Below are positions 1 to 10,824 of a stretch of 64,000 bases of DNA, in pieces. The notes below the pieces were generated by a model. That model was not told the DNA's origin and searched no databases. It worked only from the letters and a program-made list of their open reading frames with translations. The translations under genes were made by a program, and so were the position numbers. The first letter of the stretch is position 1; every line of letters starts with the position of its first letter. Location of the stretch: IMG/VR virus record IMGVR_UViG_3300023192_003818, positions 28,378 to 92,377 of that record; one strand, written 5' to 3'. Origin of the DNA: a virus.

Positions 1-2
1 GA

Positions 3-1382
3 AACTAAATCTTTTGATATCCCATATTCTAATCTATTGTCATTATTAAATTTATTAGTAATATCTTTTGTATAAACCCAAATATTATCAAAATGTTGCC
101 CCACCATATCCATAAACAACTCATATTGTCTATTTTCAGAATCTTCTTTTAAATATTCTGGAATGGTAAAATATAACCAATCATTATTATTTTCATCATA
201 TAAAGAGGCTGTTAAAGTAATATTATCTACCCAATTTATAACTTCACTACTTCCTGTTGGGTATAAAACATAAGGAACTTTTGAACTTGATTTAGGCCAC
301 GAATAATTTGAACCACTATCATAATATAAGAAATATTCATAACCATCAAAATTTTTTATTATATTATCAATTTGTGAAGTTAATATTGTTTTACTAGATA
401 TATATGGTAAAGTATTAGTTGTGTCTCCTGTAATATTATCTAAAGTATTACCTAATTCAATATTTATATCTTCTATTAATTTTACTTTAAAATAAAAATT
501 TTCTAATCTTGTTTTTGCAGAAGAAAAATTAATAAATTCACTAAAATTTTCATAATTAATATTAATATTTATTTCTTTTTTGTTTAGTAATGATTGGAGT
601 TGGTTAAGAGAACTAGTTAAAGAAGTATCAACTAAATCTTGGTAACAATATTCTATATCTGAACTCCCTTTTTCTTTTTTAATATTTAAATTAAAATTAG
701 GACCCGAAATATATTCAAAATCTTGTATTATAATTTCCTCTTCAATAAAAGATACTGAATATAATTGTGGTTCTGATATAATTTCTATTATCCATAATTC
801 AGATTTAATATCAAACTCTGAAGGTAATGGTTCATATAATTTAATTAATAAAGTATCATTATCATCAACTTTTAAATTATTAGATATTATAGTTTTGTTA
901 TTACCAAAATTTAAATAAAAATCTACAAAATATAAGGACTTATCTCTATATTCTATAAAATCCAAACTTGAAGAAATAAGTGATTCTTTATCCTCAATAT
1001 TAATATCTAATCTAACTTCAGTTCTATCTGAACTTATTTCTTTTATAAAAAATTTATTATTAAGATTTGAATTAGCAACATTTCTATAAAAATTATAAAA
1101 TATATTATATGTTCCTAAATCAAAATTATAACTTTTTAAGTCTTCTATTGGATTTAATAATATGTCTCCTCCTTTAATATTAAAAGAAGTTAATATTGTT
1201 GTTGTGGAGGGAAAGATTAAATTTTGATTTTCATCATATATATAAAATTCTATATAATCTGTAGATGATATAAAAGAGGTATCTAAATTAAAAGAAGATA
1301 TTAGTCTTTCATCTGATTCTATATAATTTTGGAATTCAAATGTAGTTGGATTTAATTGAGTTATTTTTGTCGTAGGGTTCAT
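3..1382 (-). CDS. Large virion structural protein, N-terminal part (runs off the window start)
   Basis: Not in the ORF track. ATG at 1382 overlaps the TGA of the upstream ORF. Segments I translated by hand are open: MNPTTKITQLN..., EISSDRTEVRLD, LIKLYEPLP, GQHFDNIWVYTKDI. Follows the baseplate genes. Confidence 0.7.
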   Translation of the reverse strand, partial: MNPTTKITQLNPTTFEFQNYIESDERLISSFNLDTSFISSTDYIEFYIYDENQNLIFPSTTTILTSFNIKGGDILLNPIEDLKSYNFDLGTYNIFYNFYRNVANSNLNNKFFIKEISSDRTEVRLDINIEDKESLISSSLDFIEYRDKSLYFVDFYLNFGNNKTIISNNLKVDDNDTLLIKLYEPLPSEFDIKSELWIIEIISEPQLYSVSFIEEEIIIQDFEYISGPNFNLNIKKEKGSSDIEYCYQDLVDTSLTSSLNQLQSLLNKKEINININYENFSEFINFSSAKTRLENFYFKVKLIEDINIELGNTLDNITGDTTNTLPYISSKTILTSQIDNIIKNFDGYEYFLYYDSGSNYSWPKSSSKVPYVLYPTGSSEVINWVDNITLTASLYDENNNDWLYFTIPEYLKEDSENRQYELFMDMVGQHFDNIWVYTKDITNKFNNDNRLEYGISKDLV

Positions 1383-1798
1383 CCAATAATTTTATCAAGC
1401 TCTTCATCAACATTAATATTAAGTTGATTTAATTGTCCAGTTTTTATTTTTTTACCTGTAGTTAATTCTAAATTTTTGATTTGTTCATTTAATAAATTTT
1501 GGCGTAAATTAGATATTTCTAACCTTAAAGCTTCTATTTCTATATTATTATCTTCAAATTTATTATATTCACTACTTGTTTTAATTAAAAATTCATGAGA
1601 ATTGGTTTCACCCAAAGCCGGTATATCATAAAAAAGAGTATTATAATCCCCAAAGAATTTATCAACACTAATTTCTTCTTCTATTTCTTCATTTATAGTT
1701 TTTACACCTAATTCTTGAAATAAAGTATCTATTGTATTAGAATATTGAGATTTATTAAAAACCTCTTTATTTAAATCTACTTGTTTTTCTGTATTCAT
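1379..1798 (-). CDS. Hypothetical protein, structural module
   Basis: 139 aa ORF translationally coupled to both neighbours. Confidence 0.7.
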   Translation of the reverse strand: MNTEKQVDLNKEVFNKSQYSNTIDTLFQELGVKTINEEIEEEISVDKFFGDYNTLFYDIPALGETNSHEFLIKTSSEYNKFEDNNIEIEALRLEISNLRQNLLNEQIKNLELTTGKKIKTGQLNQLNINVDEELDKIIG

Positions 1799-2946
1799 TA
1801 TCCATTTATGATTTTAAAATAATAACTATCATCCAAAATTAAAGTATTATCATTTATTAAGGTTTTAATTAAAATTTTATAATATCTTTCCGGTTGTAAC
1901 CCATTCATATAAATATCAAAATAGCTTCCTTCGGAATCAGAACTTATTTTTGTAAAATCATTATCAAAATTTATTAAAAATTCATTAGTATCTAAATCTT
2001 TAATGGCATAATAAGAATTTTGTGGTAATACATAATTTTGTGTATAAATAGAAGAGGTTTGGAAAACTCTTACAGGATATTTAGGTCTTACATTTAATCT
2101 AAATCTATTAACACTTTCATTAAAAAATATGCCAGGATTTTCATTTAATCCTACAAATAGTTGTGGGGTGTCTATTACAGAAAGACTACCTGTTACATAT
2201 GAAGAATCATCCCATTTTATCTCTAATACTGGAGGGTAAATTGTATGGGTATCTGTAGAATAATATTGCATTACCGGTTGGGTTGAAGGTGAAGAATTAA
2301 ATTCTAAAATATCTTCCCACTTTATTAAAAACCCTTCATTTATTATATTAGTATTTTCCCCGATATCATTTGAACTAGAATACCAAACATTAACAATATC
2401 TGTTACATTAACATTTAAATCCTTTTCACTTCTTAAACTAAAGGATTGGGTTACTTTAATATTAATATTTAAAATATCTGATGAACCTGTAAACCAATTT
2501 CCTCCTCCAATACTCTCAGAATAATAAGCATTTACATAGGATGGTAAAGAACCTGTAGGTAACCAAGCATTACCATCTTCAAATGTTCTCCAAGTCCAAC
2601 TTGCACCATTTGTAGAAGCAGGAGAATCTAAATATGTTCCTGAACCATTATCCCAAGAACCTGAAATAGGATATATTTCTAATTCAGATTCCATAATAAT
2701 TCCTTGGGCTTCTGCTATAAAAACTCTTAAAGTACTCTCAAAATTTGAACCACTTACTTTATTATTAATAACATCTTCTAATTCATCATTATCAAATTTA
2801 ATTAAAAATCTTGATGTTTGAGCAATAGGATTATAATGTACATTTATATTAAGAGTTTCAATTATAGGGTCTATCCCAGTATTCATTGAAGGATAAAATG
2901 AATATAAAGTTGTATCTTGTGATGGAAAAAGTTTGTAATTCGCCAT
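1798..2946 (-). CDS. Putative virion/baseplate-associated structural protein
   Basis: 382 aa, rich in N/S/T/G/W and beta-strand-like, within the baseplate operon. Confidence 0.6.
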   Translation of the reverse strand: MANYKLFPSQDTTLYSFYPSMNTGIDPIIETLNINVHYNPIAQTSRFLIKFDNDELEDVINNKVSGSNFESTLRVFIAEAQGIIMESELEIYPISGSWDNGSGTYLDSPASTNGASWTWRTFEDGNAWLPTGSLPSYVNAYYSESIGGGNWFTGSSDILNINIKVTQSFSLRSEKDLNVNVTDIVNVWYSSSNDIGENTNIINEGFLIKWEDILEFNSSPSTQPVMQYYSTDTHTIYPPVLEIKWDDSSYVTGSLSVIDTPQLFVGLNENPGIFFNESVNRFRLNVRPKYPVRVFQTSSIYTQNYVLPQNSYYAIKDLDTNEFLINFDNDFTKISSDSEGSYFDIYMNGLQPERYYKILIKTLINDNTLILDDSYYFKIING

Positions 2947-2949
2947 TAT

Positions 2950-3201
2950 TTATTTTATTAAGTAATCATATATTTCATCTAAATTAGGGTCTCCAGGACT
3001 TAAACTATCATCATAATCATATAATTGATTTGCAATATCTATTGAAATATCTATATCAATAATAGCCATTTCATCTCCTCTCCAAAAATCAAAGTTTGTA
3101 AAGTTTTTTAATGTATCTCTAGTTGACCACTCGTTAGGTGTATTTTTTAAGTTAGTAATTTTATCTAATATTTCTTGTTTAACTTCTTCATCAGACATCA
3201 T
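2950..3201 (-). CDS. Hypothetical acidic protein
   Basis: 83 aa ORF between structural genes. Confidence 0.5.
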   Translation of the reverse strand: MMSDEEVKQEILDKITNLKNTPNEWSTRDTLKNFTNFDFWRGDEMAIIDIDISIDIANQLYDYDDSLSPGDPNLDEIYDYLIK

Positions 3202-3260
3202 ATCCTATTCATTTTCATTTATAAATTTTTTAAATGCTTCTATATAATCTTTCATAATTT

Positions 3261-5105
3261 TTATATTGATACTACTTTACCTTTTATATCTTGGTTTAAA
3301 AATTTTATTTCAAAAATACTTGGGTCCAATGAAGGATAAACTACATCGTTTTGTGTTGCACTTTCAATATCATAAGCATATTTTGAATAATTTAAGGTTG
3401 TTCCTGTTTTATTTTTTATTTTTACTTGTTTTACTGTTTGTACCCCATTAATATTATCTAATAATACTGTTATATCTCTTATTATAATAGGTTGATTAAT
3501 TTGCCATTTATCAATAATAAAATAGTTTTGAAGAACTAAGATACAACTATTTAATACTTCTTTATTATTAAAATTAGGTAAAGTTATAATTTCAAAATTA
3601 CATGAAATGTTAATTATAAATCCATCTCTTATATTAATAGAATCCCCAACCATTTTATATTGATTGAGGTAGGTTTTTAAATTTTGTTTTAAGGTAGTAG
3701 AAGCTGTAGTTAAATTTTTATTTATATCATAAGTTAAAACATATAAATCTAAAGTATTTCCTTCATCTTTAATTAAAGGTTTTTGAATATGGGCTTTAGA
3801 TATAACACCAAATTTTGAAGGCATACTTAAACTTCTAATTAAATAATCATCCGCTGTAACATTTCTCAATTGGGTAGAGAATGAAGATAAGGAATTTTGT
3901 CTTATTTCTTCAATATTATCCCCCCCTTTTCCCCCACTTGCTGCTAATTCATTATTAACTGCTAATGAATTAAAAACATATTGAGATGTTGAATCATTTA
4001 AATTAGAATTAATAAAAAAAGTATTTGAAGTATTTAAACTTGTTAAACTATTAGATGGTACATTTGATTCAACTCCCCCCCCTGTTATATATCTTACTGT
4101 TAATGTTATATTTGAAGGAGCAATTCCATAAGTGTTTGTAAACAGAAAATTTGTTGGTGAATATGCAGTAGTTAATTTATTTTTTTCAAAGGGTAAACCT
4201 AATCCCACGTTATTAGGGTTGGGAATAATTTCTTCATCATTATTGATAGAATTTCCGGCTCCAAATTGTATTTGTAAAGTATCTTCACTTAAAAATCTTG
4301 TAACAAATCTTCTTTGAATTTTTTTAGTTTTTAAAATATAAGGAGAATCATTACTATTTATATAATTATTTGGGTCATTTATGTTAGTATTTTTTAAACT
4401 ATCATAAATTAATTCTTGGGCTAAATAATCTACTTCATACCAAATGTTCCCATCAGAATCTACAATATCTAAAATTTCAGCTATATTAGAAACATTAATT
4501 TCAACGGTTGGGAATTCTTGATAATTACCAAAAGTAAAATTTATAGTATTTATATTACCTGAATTTGATTTTCTAGTTTTTTTTAGTAAATAATATTGTG
4601 GTTGTCCATCTGCAATTTGAGCAATACTAACTTCTGTAGGGTCTAAAGAATTAGAAATACTAAAATCTATTGAATCTTCAATTATAAAATTAACACCAGA
4701 ATTACTTATTGGAGAAATAATGGTATTTGCTTGTATGAAAAGAGAATAATCAAAATCTGGTATTACTTGGCTCCCCATAACCTTAGAAGGAACTAATTGG
4801 AAAAAATCTAAATCTACATTTGATAAACCTGTTACTTTAGGTTTATAATGCATCATATAAGCTAATTCATATAAATTATTGGTTTGTTTGGCATGTTGTA
4901 AAAATACTTCTTGTATTTGATTATCAAAATAAAAAGATAATACATCTCCAACATAAGAAGCCATTTCCATAAACATCATACCTGGAGATGAAGGGCTGAA
5001 ATCTGTGTAAGTGGTTGGGAAATAGGTTTTAGAAAAATTGATTAATTGGCTTCTAAAATCATCAAAGTCCTTGTTTAAATATTTTATTGTTCTATTAATA
5101 CCCAT
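3261..5105 (-). CDS. Baseplate wedge subunit (T4 gp6 / baseplate J-like)
   Basis: N-terminal DFDDFRSQLINF...YTDFS..SPGMMFMEMASYVGDVLSFY; YxxTGG..N; GG.GGD..EEIRQN; R.VTADDY. Follows a gp25-like gene. Confidence 0.85.
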   Translation of the reverse strand: MGINRTIKYLNKDFDDFRSQLINFSKTYFPTTYTDFSPSSPGMMFMEMASYVGDVLSFYFDNQIQEVFLQHAKQTNNLYELAYMMHYKPKVTGLSNVDLDFFQLVPSKVMGSQVIPDFDYSLFIQANTIISPISNSGVNFIIEDSIDFSISNSLDPTEVSIAQIADGQPQYYLLKKTRKSNSGNINTINFTFGNYQEFPTVEINVSNIAEILDIVDSDGNIWYEVDYLAQELIYDSLKNTNINDPNNYINSNDSPYILKTKKIQRRFVTRFLSEDTLQIQFGAGNSINNDEEIIPNPNNVGLGLPFEKNKLTTAYSPTNFLFTNTYGIAPSNITLTVRYITGGGVESNVPSNSLTSLNTSNTFFINSNLNDSTSQYVFNSLAVNNELAASGGKGGDNIEEIRQNSLSSFSTQLRNVTADDYLIRSLSMPSKFGVISKAHIQKPLIKDEGNTLDLYVLTYDINKNLTTASTTLKQNLKTYLNQYKMVGDSINIRDGFIINISCNFEIITLPNFNNKEVLNSCILVLQNYFIIDKWQINQPIIIRDITVLLDNINGVQTVKQVKIKNKTGTTLNYSKYAYDIESATQNDVVYPSLDPSIFEIKFLNQDIKGKVVSI

Positions 5106-5512
5106 TATCTAAAATTTAACTTTATTTGGTCATTTATATTAGTGTTTCGTATACTATAATTTATAACTACATTAATTTCATTAAAATCAGGATTAGTTTT
5201 TATTTCTATTTTATTTAATAAAATTTGGGGAAAATTATTTACAATTTTCATTTGTAAATCTTCTTTTAAAAAATCTAGATTATTATCACTAATTTGGTTA
5301 AATATAAATTTTCTTATTCCTGATCCAAATGAAGGATTACCAACTCTTTCTCCAGGATTAGTTAGGAAATAATTAATTAAATTATTTCTAAGAGCATCTT
5401 TAGTTTGAAAATTTTGAGTAAATACTCCTTTACCATTAAAAGGAATACCTACCCCTATGGCAACACTTGCTCTTAAATCATTAGGATGTATTTGTTTTAT
5501 TCCAAAAGCCAT
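5105..5512 (-). CDS. Baseplate wedge protein, gp25/GPW-like
   Basis: LINYFLTNPGERVGNPSFGSGIRKFIF is the gp25-family signature (LT..GER...P.FG). Confidence 0.85.
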   Translation of the reverse strand: MAFGIKQIHPNDLRASVAIGVGIPFNGKGVFTQNFQTKDALRNNLINYFLTNPGERVGNPSFGSGIRKFIFNQISDNNLDFLKEDLQMKIVNNFPQILLNKIEIKTNPDFNEINVVINYSIRNTNINDQIKLNFR

Positions 5513-5514
5513 TA

Positions 5515-5895
5515 TTATACTTTACCTAAATTTAAAATTGTATCTAAAGATACTTCTCCAGGAGGTAAAGTACCATTTTCATTATCTATAGGGGTACCCT
5601 TTGGTTGAAATTCACCATGGAATTGGGAAGTATTAAAATTTGCAGTTTCATTTATAACATTTTTATATGCTTCTCTCATTTCTAATTTATTCATCTCAGG
5701 ACCATTAGGAGATGGAATTGGGTTAAAACTAGTAGAGTTTGAGTTTAAACCTTCTTGAAGTGGAACTATTTTAAAATTTTCTCTATTACTTTTAACAGAT
5801 TCTAATATAATTTCTTTAAGGTCTTCTTTAAATGCAGTTTTAACTTCTTCTCTAACTACTTTTCTTAAAAGTTCAGTTAATTCTTTTATTTTCAT
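5515..5895 (-). CDS. Hypothetical protein
   Basis: 126 aa; preceded by the ATATTTATA motif. Confidence 0.65.
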   Translation of the reverse strand: MKIKELTELLRKVVREEVKTAFKEDLKEIILESVKSNRENFKIVPLQEGLNSNSTSFNPIPSPNGPEMNKLEMREAYKNVINETANFNTSQFHGEFQPKGTPIDNENGTLPPGEVSLDTILNLGKV

Positions 5896-5923
5896 TTTAA
5901 ATAAGTTTATTATAAATATGTAA

Positions 5924-7231
5924 TTAAAAAGGTTTTAAATTATTAGACTTAATGTAAAATACTAATTCATCAATTAAAATTTGTTCACTTGAACTAAAAG
6001 ACACTTCGCCTTCTAATAAAATTACCCCTGATTTATTTTTTGCCACAGCATGTTTTCTTTTTATATTACCAATTAATTTATCATCAAACACAGTACTTAT
6101 TTCAAAACCATTTATAAAAGCAACTTTTGGGGAGTTGGGTTCATTTTGTTTTATTAATAATTCTTGTAATTCGGGATTAATTATTTCTAATTCTGGTAGT
6201 TCTATGGATTCTTCAATATTTCCATAACAACTAACTAATAATTTATCAATTTGGTTTAATAATATTAATATGAATATAATAGAAGCAATTAAAAATACTA
6301 AAGACATTAAAATTTGTTTATTTAATTTTTTATTATCTTCTTCTAGTTCCTCAAAAATATCTTCTAAATTTATTAATTTAGATACAATAGGATAAGCAAC
6401 CCCAACACCTACAGGAGCACCTAAAGGTAAAATTATATTAGAAATTATAATTTTTCCACTTTTAAATAATTTTGATAAGGCAATAAAACCACCTGCAATA
6501 ACAATATTTAATATTAAAGATTTGTAAAATTTATTTAATTGTTTTACAACATTATTTCTTTTATTTATTATTTTTTTAGAAGTACCAATACTGGGGCATA
6601 CTTTTTGAGAAATTTGACTTATTTTTGTAATCCCAAATTCTACTAATAACCCTAAGACAATTGGTAATAGTCCAGTTTGTATTTGAGTTATAATTTTAGA
6701 TATTGATTTTTTTCTTTCTATTATAACTCTTTCGGGTATGGATAAAATTATAGAATTTAATTTACTTATTTTATCATCTATTTGATTTTGAACTGAAATT
6801 AATTCAGCTTCAGCGGCTTTTTTTATATTTAATAAATTTAAAGTTGGAAGCGATTGTTTTATTTCTCTATTTAAAGTCAATAATTCTTGAATACCTGGAA
6901 GAAATCCTTCTTTACTATAATATAATAAGGGTTTACTTAAAATTATACTAGATAAAATTGGAACTTTGATTTTTATTTCAAAATTACCATTAACATCTGT
7001 TTTAGTTTTTTTTGCTTTAGCTAATATTGCTTTAATATTAACTCCTTCTAAAGGTTGTACTGTTAACTTATCATAAATTTTTCCCCTTATAGTATATTCT
7101 TCAATGGTTGGGATTTTTTCAGCAATTTCCTTAATATCTTCCTTAACATCCTCAAATTTTTCTAATAATGCTTTACCTTCATCTGTTTGTAGGAAAAAAT
7201 TTGCTATTTGTAATAATTGTTTTTCTTCCAT
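5924..7231 (-). CDS. Hypothetical protein with carboxypeptidase-regulatory-like beta-sandwich and hydrophobic segments
   Basis: IRGKIYDKLTVQPLEGVNI...TKTDVNGNFEIKI pattern; hydrophobic stretches in the C-terminal half. Confidence 0.55.
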   Translation of the reverse strand: MEEKQLLQIANFFLQTDEGKALLEKFEDVKEDIKEIAEKIPTIEEYTIRGKIYDKLTVQPLEGVNIKAILAKAKKTKTDVNGNFEIKIKVPILSSIILSKPLLYYSKEGFLPGIQELLTLNREIKQSLPTLNLLNIKKAAEAELISVQNQIDDKISKLNSIILSIPERVIIERKKSISKIITQIQTGLLPIVLGLLVEFGITKISQISQKVCPSIGTSKKIINKRNNVVKQLNKFYKSLILNIVIAGGFIALSKLFKSGKIIISNIILPLGAPVGVGVAYPIVSKLINLEDIFEELEEDNKKLNKQILMSLVFLIASIIFILILLNQIDKLLVSCYGNIEESIELPELEIINPELQELLIKQNEPNSPKVAFINGFEISTVFDDKLIGNIKRKHAVAKNKSGVILLEGEVSFSSSEQILIDELVFYIKSNNLKPF

Positions 7232-7234
7232 TTT

Positions 7235-8476
7235 TTAAGACAATTTTACTTTATTAGATAAAAAAGTATCCATATTATTATTTATTGAAGATAATAAATT
7301 TTTAAAAGAAGCAGCATATATGGAAGTAGGACCTAAATAAGGTTCATTTTCAAGAGAGGTACATAAATTTTTTAAAGCCTGAATTAATCCTTTGAAATTA
7401 TTAATAAAATTATCCCCCAATACTGCAGATTGGGTAGAATTTACTTGTCCTAAATTAATTATATTTCCTATTAAATTTATATTTTTATTGGAAGATATTC
7501 CTATATCATCCACTGATGATAAAATTATATTCTTACCTGATGTAAATATTATATTGTCTTTTTTTGAATTTAAAAATATCCTATCAGTATTAAATATTAT
7601 TTGTGGTTTACTATATGATGAGGGTGATTGAGGTGTTTGATTTTTTGAAACAATATTACCAAAAGGAGCTTGACCTTTTTTAACCCCTACAATATCTAAA
7701 GGTAATTTTTGGTTAGAAGTTAAATAAATTGAGGATAAATCTTTATTTATATTCTCTATTCTTGGAACCCATCCCCTAGAATCTAGATCAGGATTTTGAC
7801 CATTACTTATTATTGTAATAGGATTACCATTATCTCCAGTAGTTGACCAAGGATTTTTATCTTTGTTAGTTGAACCTAATCTTACAGCATTACCAAATCT
7901 TCCCTCAATAATAACATCCCCTGCAAAGTTAAATAATGGGTGAATATCAGACTTTTCTTTGAAGGTTCCCCCTATTCTTGGACTATTTAAATTAATACCC
8001 TCATTTTGATTTGAAACTTTTTCAGAAGAACCATCTTCTATGTCATTATAAGATTTAACCTTAGAATTAGAATTAATTTGGAAAGAATTAGGATAAGCAT
8101 TATGATGGGGATGATTCCATAAATTTATAGTACTTAAATAATAATAACTTGTGTTTGAAGTTCCAATTCCTATTTGATTATTAGATAATTCAATTATTAA
8201 AACTAACTCATTTACTAAAGGAAACTGTTTTATATTTGATAATAAGGGTTTAGCAATAGGTTTAGATTTTGTATTCCCAACTTGAAAATTTACTATCTCA
8301 AATTCTATATAACCAATACTTTGCCATCCTCCTAAATTACCAAATAAGGGGTGAGAATCATCTAAAACTATATCTTTAACTCTAGCTGAGATAAATGTTG
8401 ATGATAAGTTTTGAAGTTGATTTTGATTTGAATTACCTAAAGTTTTAAGATTACTAAATCCATATTTAAGTTTCAT
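7235..8476 (-). CDS. Baseplate hub/central spike protein (gp5/VgrG-like)
   Basis: OB-fold-like N-terminus (ARVKDIVL..; PLVNELVLI), GDVIIEGRFGNAVRLGST and a beta-helix-like C-terminus with SAVLGD. Upstream of gp25/gp6. Confidence 0.65.
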   Translation of the reverse strand: MKLKYGFSNLKTLGNSNQNQLQNLSSTFISARVKDIVLDDSHPLFGNLGGWQSIGYIEFEIVNFQVGNTKSKPIAKPLLSNIKQFPLVNELVLIIELSNNQIGIGTSNTSYYYLSTINLWNHPHHNAYPNSFQINSNSKVKSYNDIEDGSSEKVSNQNEGINLNSPRIGGTFKEKSDIHPLFNFAGDVIIEGRFGNAVRLGSTNKDKNPWSTTGDNGNPITIISNGQNPDLDSRGWVPRIENINKDLSSIYLTSNQKLPLDIVGVKKGQAPFGNIVSKNQTPQSPSSYSKPQIIFNTDRIFLNSKKDNIIFTSGKNIILSSVDDIGISSNKNINLIGNIINLGQVNSTQSAVLGDNFINNFKGLIQALKNLCTSLENEPYLGPTSIYAASFKNLLSSINNNMDTFLSNKVKLS

Positions 8477-8816
8477 CGTTTATAGAATTATTTAATTTAT
8501 TTAATTCTTCCATTAATTCAGTTTTTTCTTGTTCAGTTAAACCCAAACTATTTCCTTGTGTAGTATTATTATTCATTATTTTTTGGATAAGATTTGCCAT
8601 TTTTATTAAATGGTCATCATTTTTTATACCTATTTCTAAATAATCTTTTATAAGAGGAACAACAATTGTAGCATCTCCTACATCATTAATTAAAAGTTTT
8701 AACTCATTTATTAATACATTAACTTGATTTTTTACCCTATGTTGGTTGGTATATATTTCTTTAATAATATCAGAATATTTTTTATTACCAAATATTTTTT
8801 TATCTAGTTCTTTCAT
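8466..8816 (-). CDS. Hypothetical protein
   Basis: 116 aa coiled ORF with the ATATTTATA motif upstream. Confidence 0.65.
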   Translation of the reverse strand: MKELDKKIFGNKKYSDIIKEIYTNQHRVKNQVNVLINELKLLINDVGDATIVVPLIKDYLEIGIKNDDHLIKMANLIQKIMNNNTTQGNSLGLTEQEKTELMEELNKLNNSINDET

Positions 8817-8842
8817 AGTATTTTATTATAAATATAAAAAAT

Positions 8843-9757
8843 TTAGGGTTTGAAATTCACCCAATTATGTTCTAAATAAAAATCATAATTTTTTTTAAAT
8901 ATATCTCCTAATCTATCAGCTATTTTAGTAATTTTGGGGGTTTTCACTTTAAGACCACTTAATGACATTGTTTCTCTTATATTTATATATAATGCTTTTT
9001 TATTAAATATCTCTAAATATTCTTTTTTTCTAAATAATTCTAGAATAGCATCAGCAACTTGGGCGTCATTTTTTTTAGGAAATAATGATAGAAGATTTTC
9101 ATCACAATATTTAATATAATATTCTAAAAAAATCTCAAGGTCTTTTTTTTTATTCTCGTTAATAGTATAAAAATGTTTTGTGTTTTCTTTAAATAATTCT
9201 GATATATCTATTTTTTGAATTCTTTTTTTATAAATTTCCTCAGTGTATAACATTAACCAACGTTTAACTATTGTCCCAAAATAAGAATAGGCTTTTGGAG
9301 GTGTTAGTTTTTTTAATTTTTTCATACATTCCTCTGAAACTTTTATATTTTTAATAAAATCGTTTATTTGTTGTTGAGTAACAATATCAGCTTTACCTAT
9401 GTATTTTACAAAGTCTCCATCATAACTTTCTTCAAATTCTTTAGTAATTATTTTTATTAATCTTTTTTGGATATTTTGTTTATGACTATATAAATGAATT
9501 TTACTTAAAAGAAATACAATAATTTCATGTTGGAGATCTTCTAAATTATCTACCTCTGTATAATAAAATTTGTATGTATGAATTATATTTTCGGTTAACT
9601 TGAAAAAAGCATAATGTATATCTTTTTCATATATATTACTTCTTATTTTTGAATCAGAAGTTTTATTATATAAAATTATAGAATTTTCAGTATTCTTTGT
9701 GAAATAATTTTTAGATTTTTTCTTTCTCTTTGGAGGAGGTGTTTGGGGTGTTATCAT
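8843..9757 (-). CDS. Phage sigma factor, T4 gp55-like (putative late sigma)
   Basis: DLQHEIIVFLLSKIHLY ... KAYSYFGTIVKRWL resembles sigma region 2; helical C-terminus. Carries a ~60 aa insertion within region 2. Confidence 0.6.
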   Translation of the reverse strand: MITPQTPPPKRKKKSKNYFTKNTENSIILYNKTSDSKIRSNIYEKDIHYAFFKLTENIIHTYKFYYTEVDNLEDLQHEIIVFLLSKIHLYSHKQNIQKRLIKIITKEFEESYDGDFVKYIGKADIVTQQQINDFIKNIKVSEECMKKLKKLTPPKAYSYFGTIVKRWLMLYTEEIYKKRIQKIDISELFKENTKHFYTINENKKKDLEIFLEYYIKYCDENLLSLFPKKNDAQVADAILELFRKKEYLEIFNKKALYINIRETMSLSGLKVKTPKITKIADRLGDIFKKNYDFYLEHNWVNFKP

Positions 9758-10025
9758 TTATAGGTTTAAATTGTGAGAGTAACTCATCAATGTATTTTAT
9801 TTGTTTAAAAAACCAACCTATTTCGTCATCACTTTCAAATGAACCTTTTGTATCAATTTCCTTTAATTTTATTGATGAGAAGGTAATTGTTTCTTGAATT
9901 TTTTCTATAAATTCTTCTTGATATAAAATAATATCTTCTTGTTTTTCATTTTTATTTAATAAATTAAAAGTAGTATATACTAAAATTAATACTATTACTA
10001 TTAAAATTATTATAGAAGTTTCCAT
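9711..10025 (-). CDS. Membrane-anchored hypothetical protein
   Basis: N-terminal hydrophobic helix followed by a charged domain. Confidence 0.6.
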   Translation of the reverse strand: METSIIILIVIVLILVYTTFNLLNKNEKQEDIILYQEEFIEKIQETITFSSIKLKEIDTKGSFESDDEIGWFFKQIKYIDELLSQFKPINDNTPNTSSKEKEKI

Positions 10026-10804
10026 TATATTTTATTTAACATATCTTTTAATCCTTGACTTTTTATTGAACTAAGTGAAAGGTTAGATATAGTTGAGTTG
10101 GTTTTATCCTTTAATATAAAACCTTTTTTTGGAGATTCCACATTATTTTTAAATTCTCCTGAATATTCTGTTTCAAATTCAATTCTTGATGCTAACATAT
10201 CTGCTTGATGCAAAATATATGGTAAAGAAGACCTGAATTTAGTTTCAGGCATAAATGATTTTAAATATACTTCATTTCCTGGATCATATAAACCATCATG
10301 AGTTTGTATAGCAATATATTCATTTTCACTTACTAAAATCCTATTTTTTTGAAGAATATATAATCCTCTGTCGGGAACTTTCATAAATTGGATTTTGGTA
10401 TTAAAACTATAATTTTCCCCTAAATTTTTCTTTCTCCAAGCATCTTTGGAGGGCAAATGAATATATTCCCCATCATCATTTCCCATTTTTCCTAAATCAT
10501 GATTTATTGCTGAAAACATTAATTCTTCTTTTGTAAAAGTAGAAGAATCCATTCCCATTTTCTTCCAAAGAATATAAAGACTTTGAGAAACACTAATTAC
10601 TCTATTAACATGGTCTATATAACCACCTGGAATAGCATTATGGTATGCCCTTTTATGTGAAGCAGGCATTAACATTAATTCCTCTTCATGTTTTTTATAA
10701 AAATTTAGTAATTGTTTTCTTCTTGGTTCTGATATATTAGTTTTAATATTATTTAAAAATTCATTCCAATTTTCTAACATTTTTTCAGCTGATATGTTAT
10801 TCAT
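10025..10804 (-). CDS. HD-domain metal-dependent phosphohydrolase
   Basis: H..PGG..DH, HDLGK, H and HQAD residues of the HD superfamily. Confidence 0.8.
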   Translation of the reverse strand: MNNISAEKMLENWNEFLNNIKTNISEPRRKQLLNFYKKHEEELMLMPASHKRAYHNAIPGGYIDHVNRVISVSQSLYILWKKMGMDSSTFTKEELMFSAINHDLGKMGNDDGEYIHLPSKDAWRKKNLGENYSFNTKIQFMKVPDRGLYILQKNRILVSENEYIAIQTHDGLYDPGNEVYLKSFMPETKFRSSLPYILHQADMLASRIEFETEYSGEFKNNVESPKKGFILKDKTNSTISNLSLSSIKSQGLKDMLNKI

Positions 10805-10824
10805 AACTTTTATTTATTTAATTA

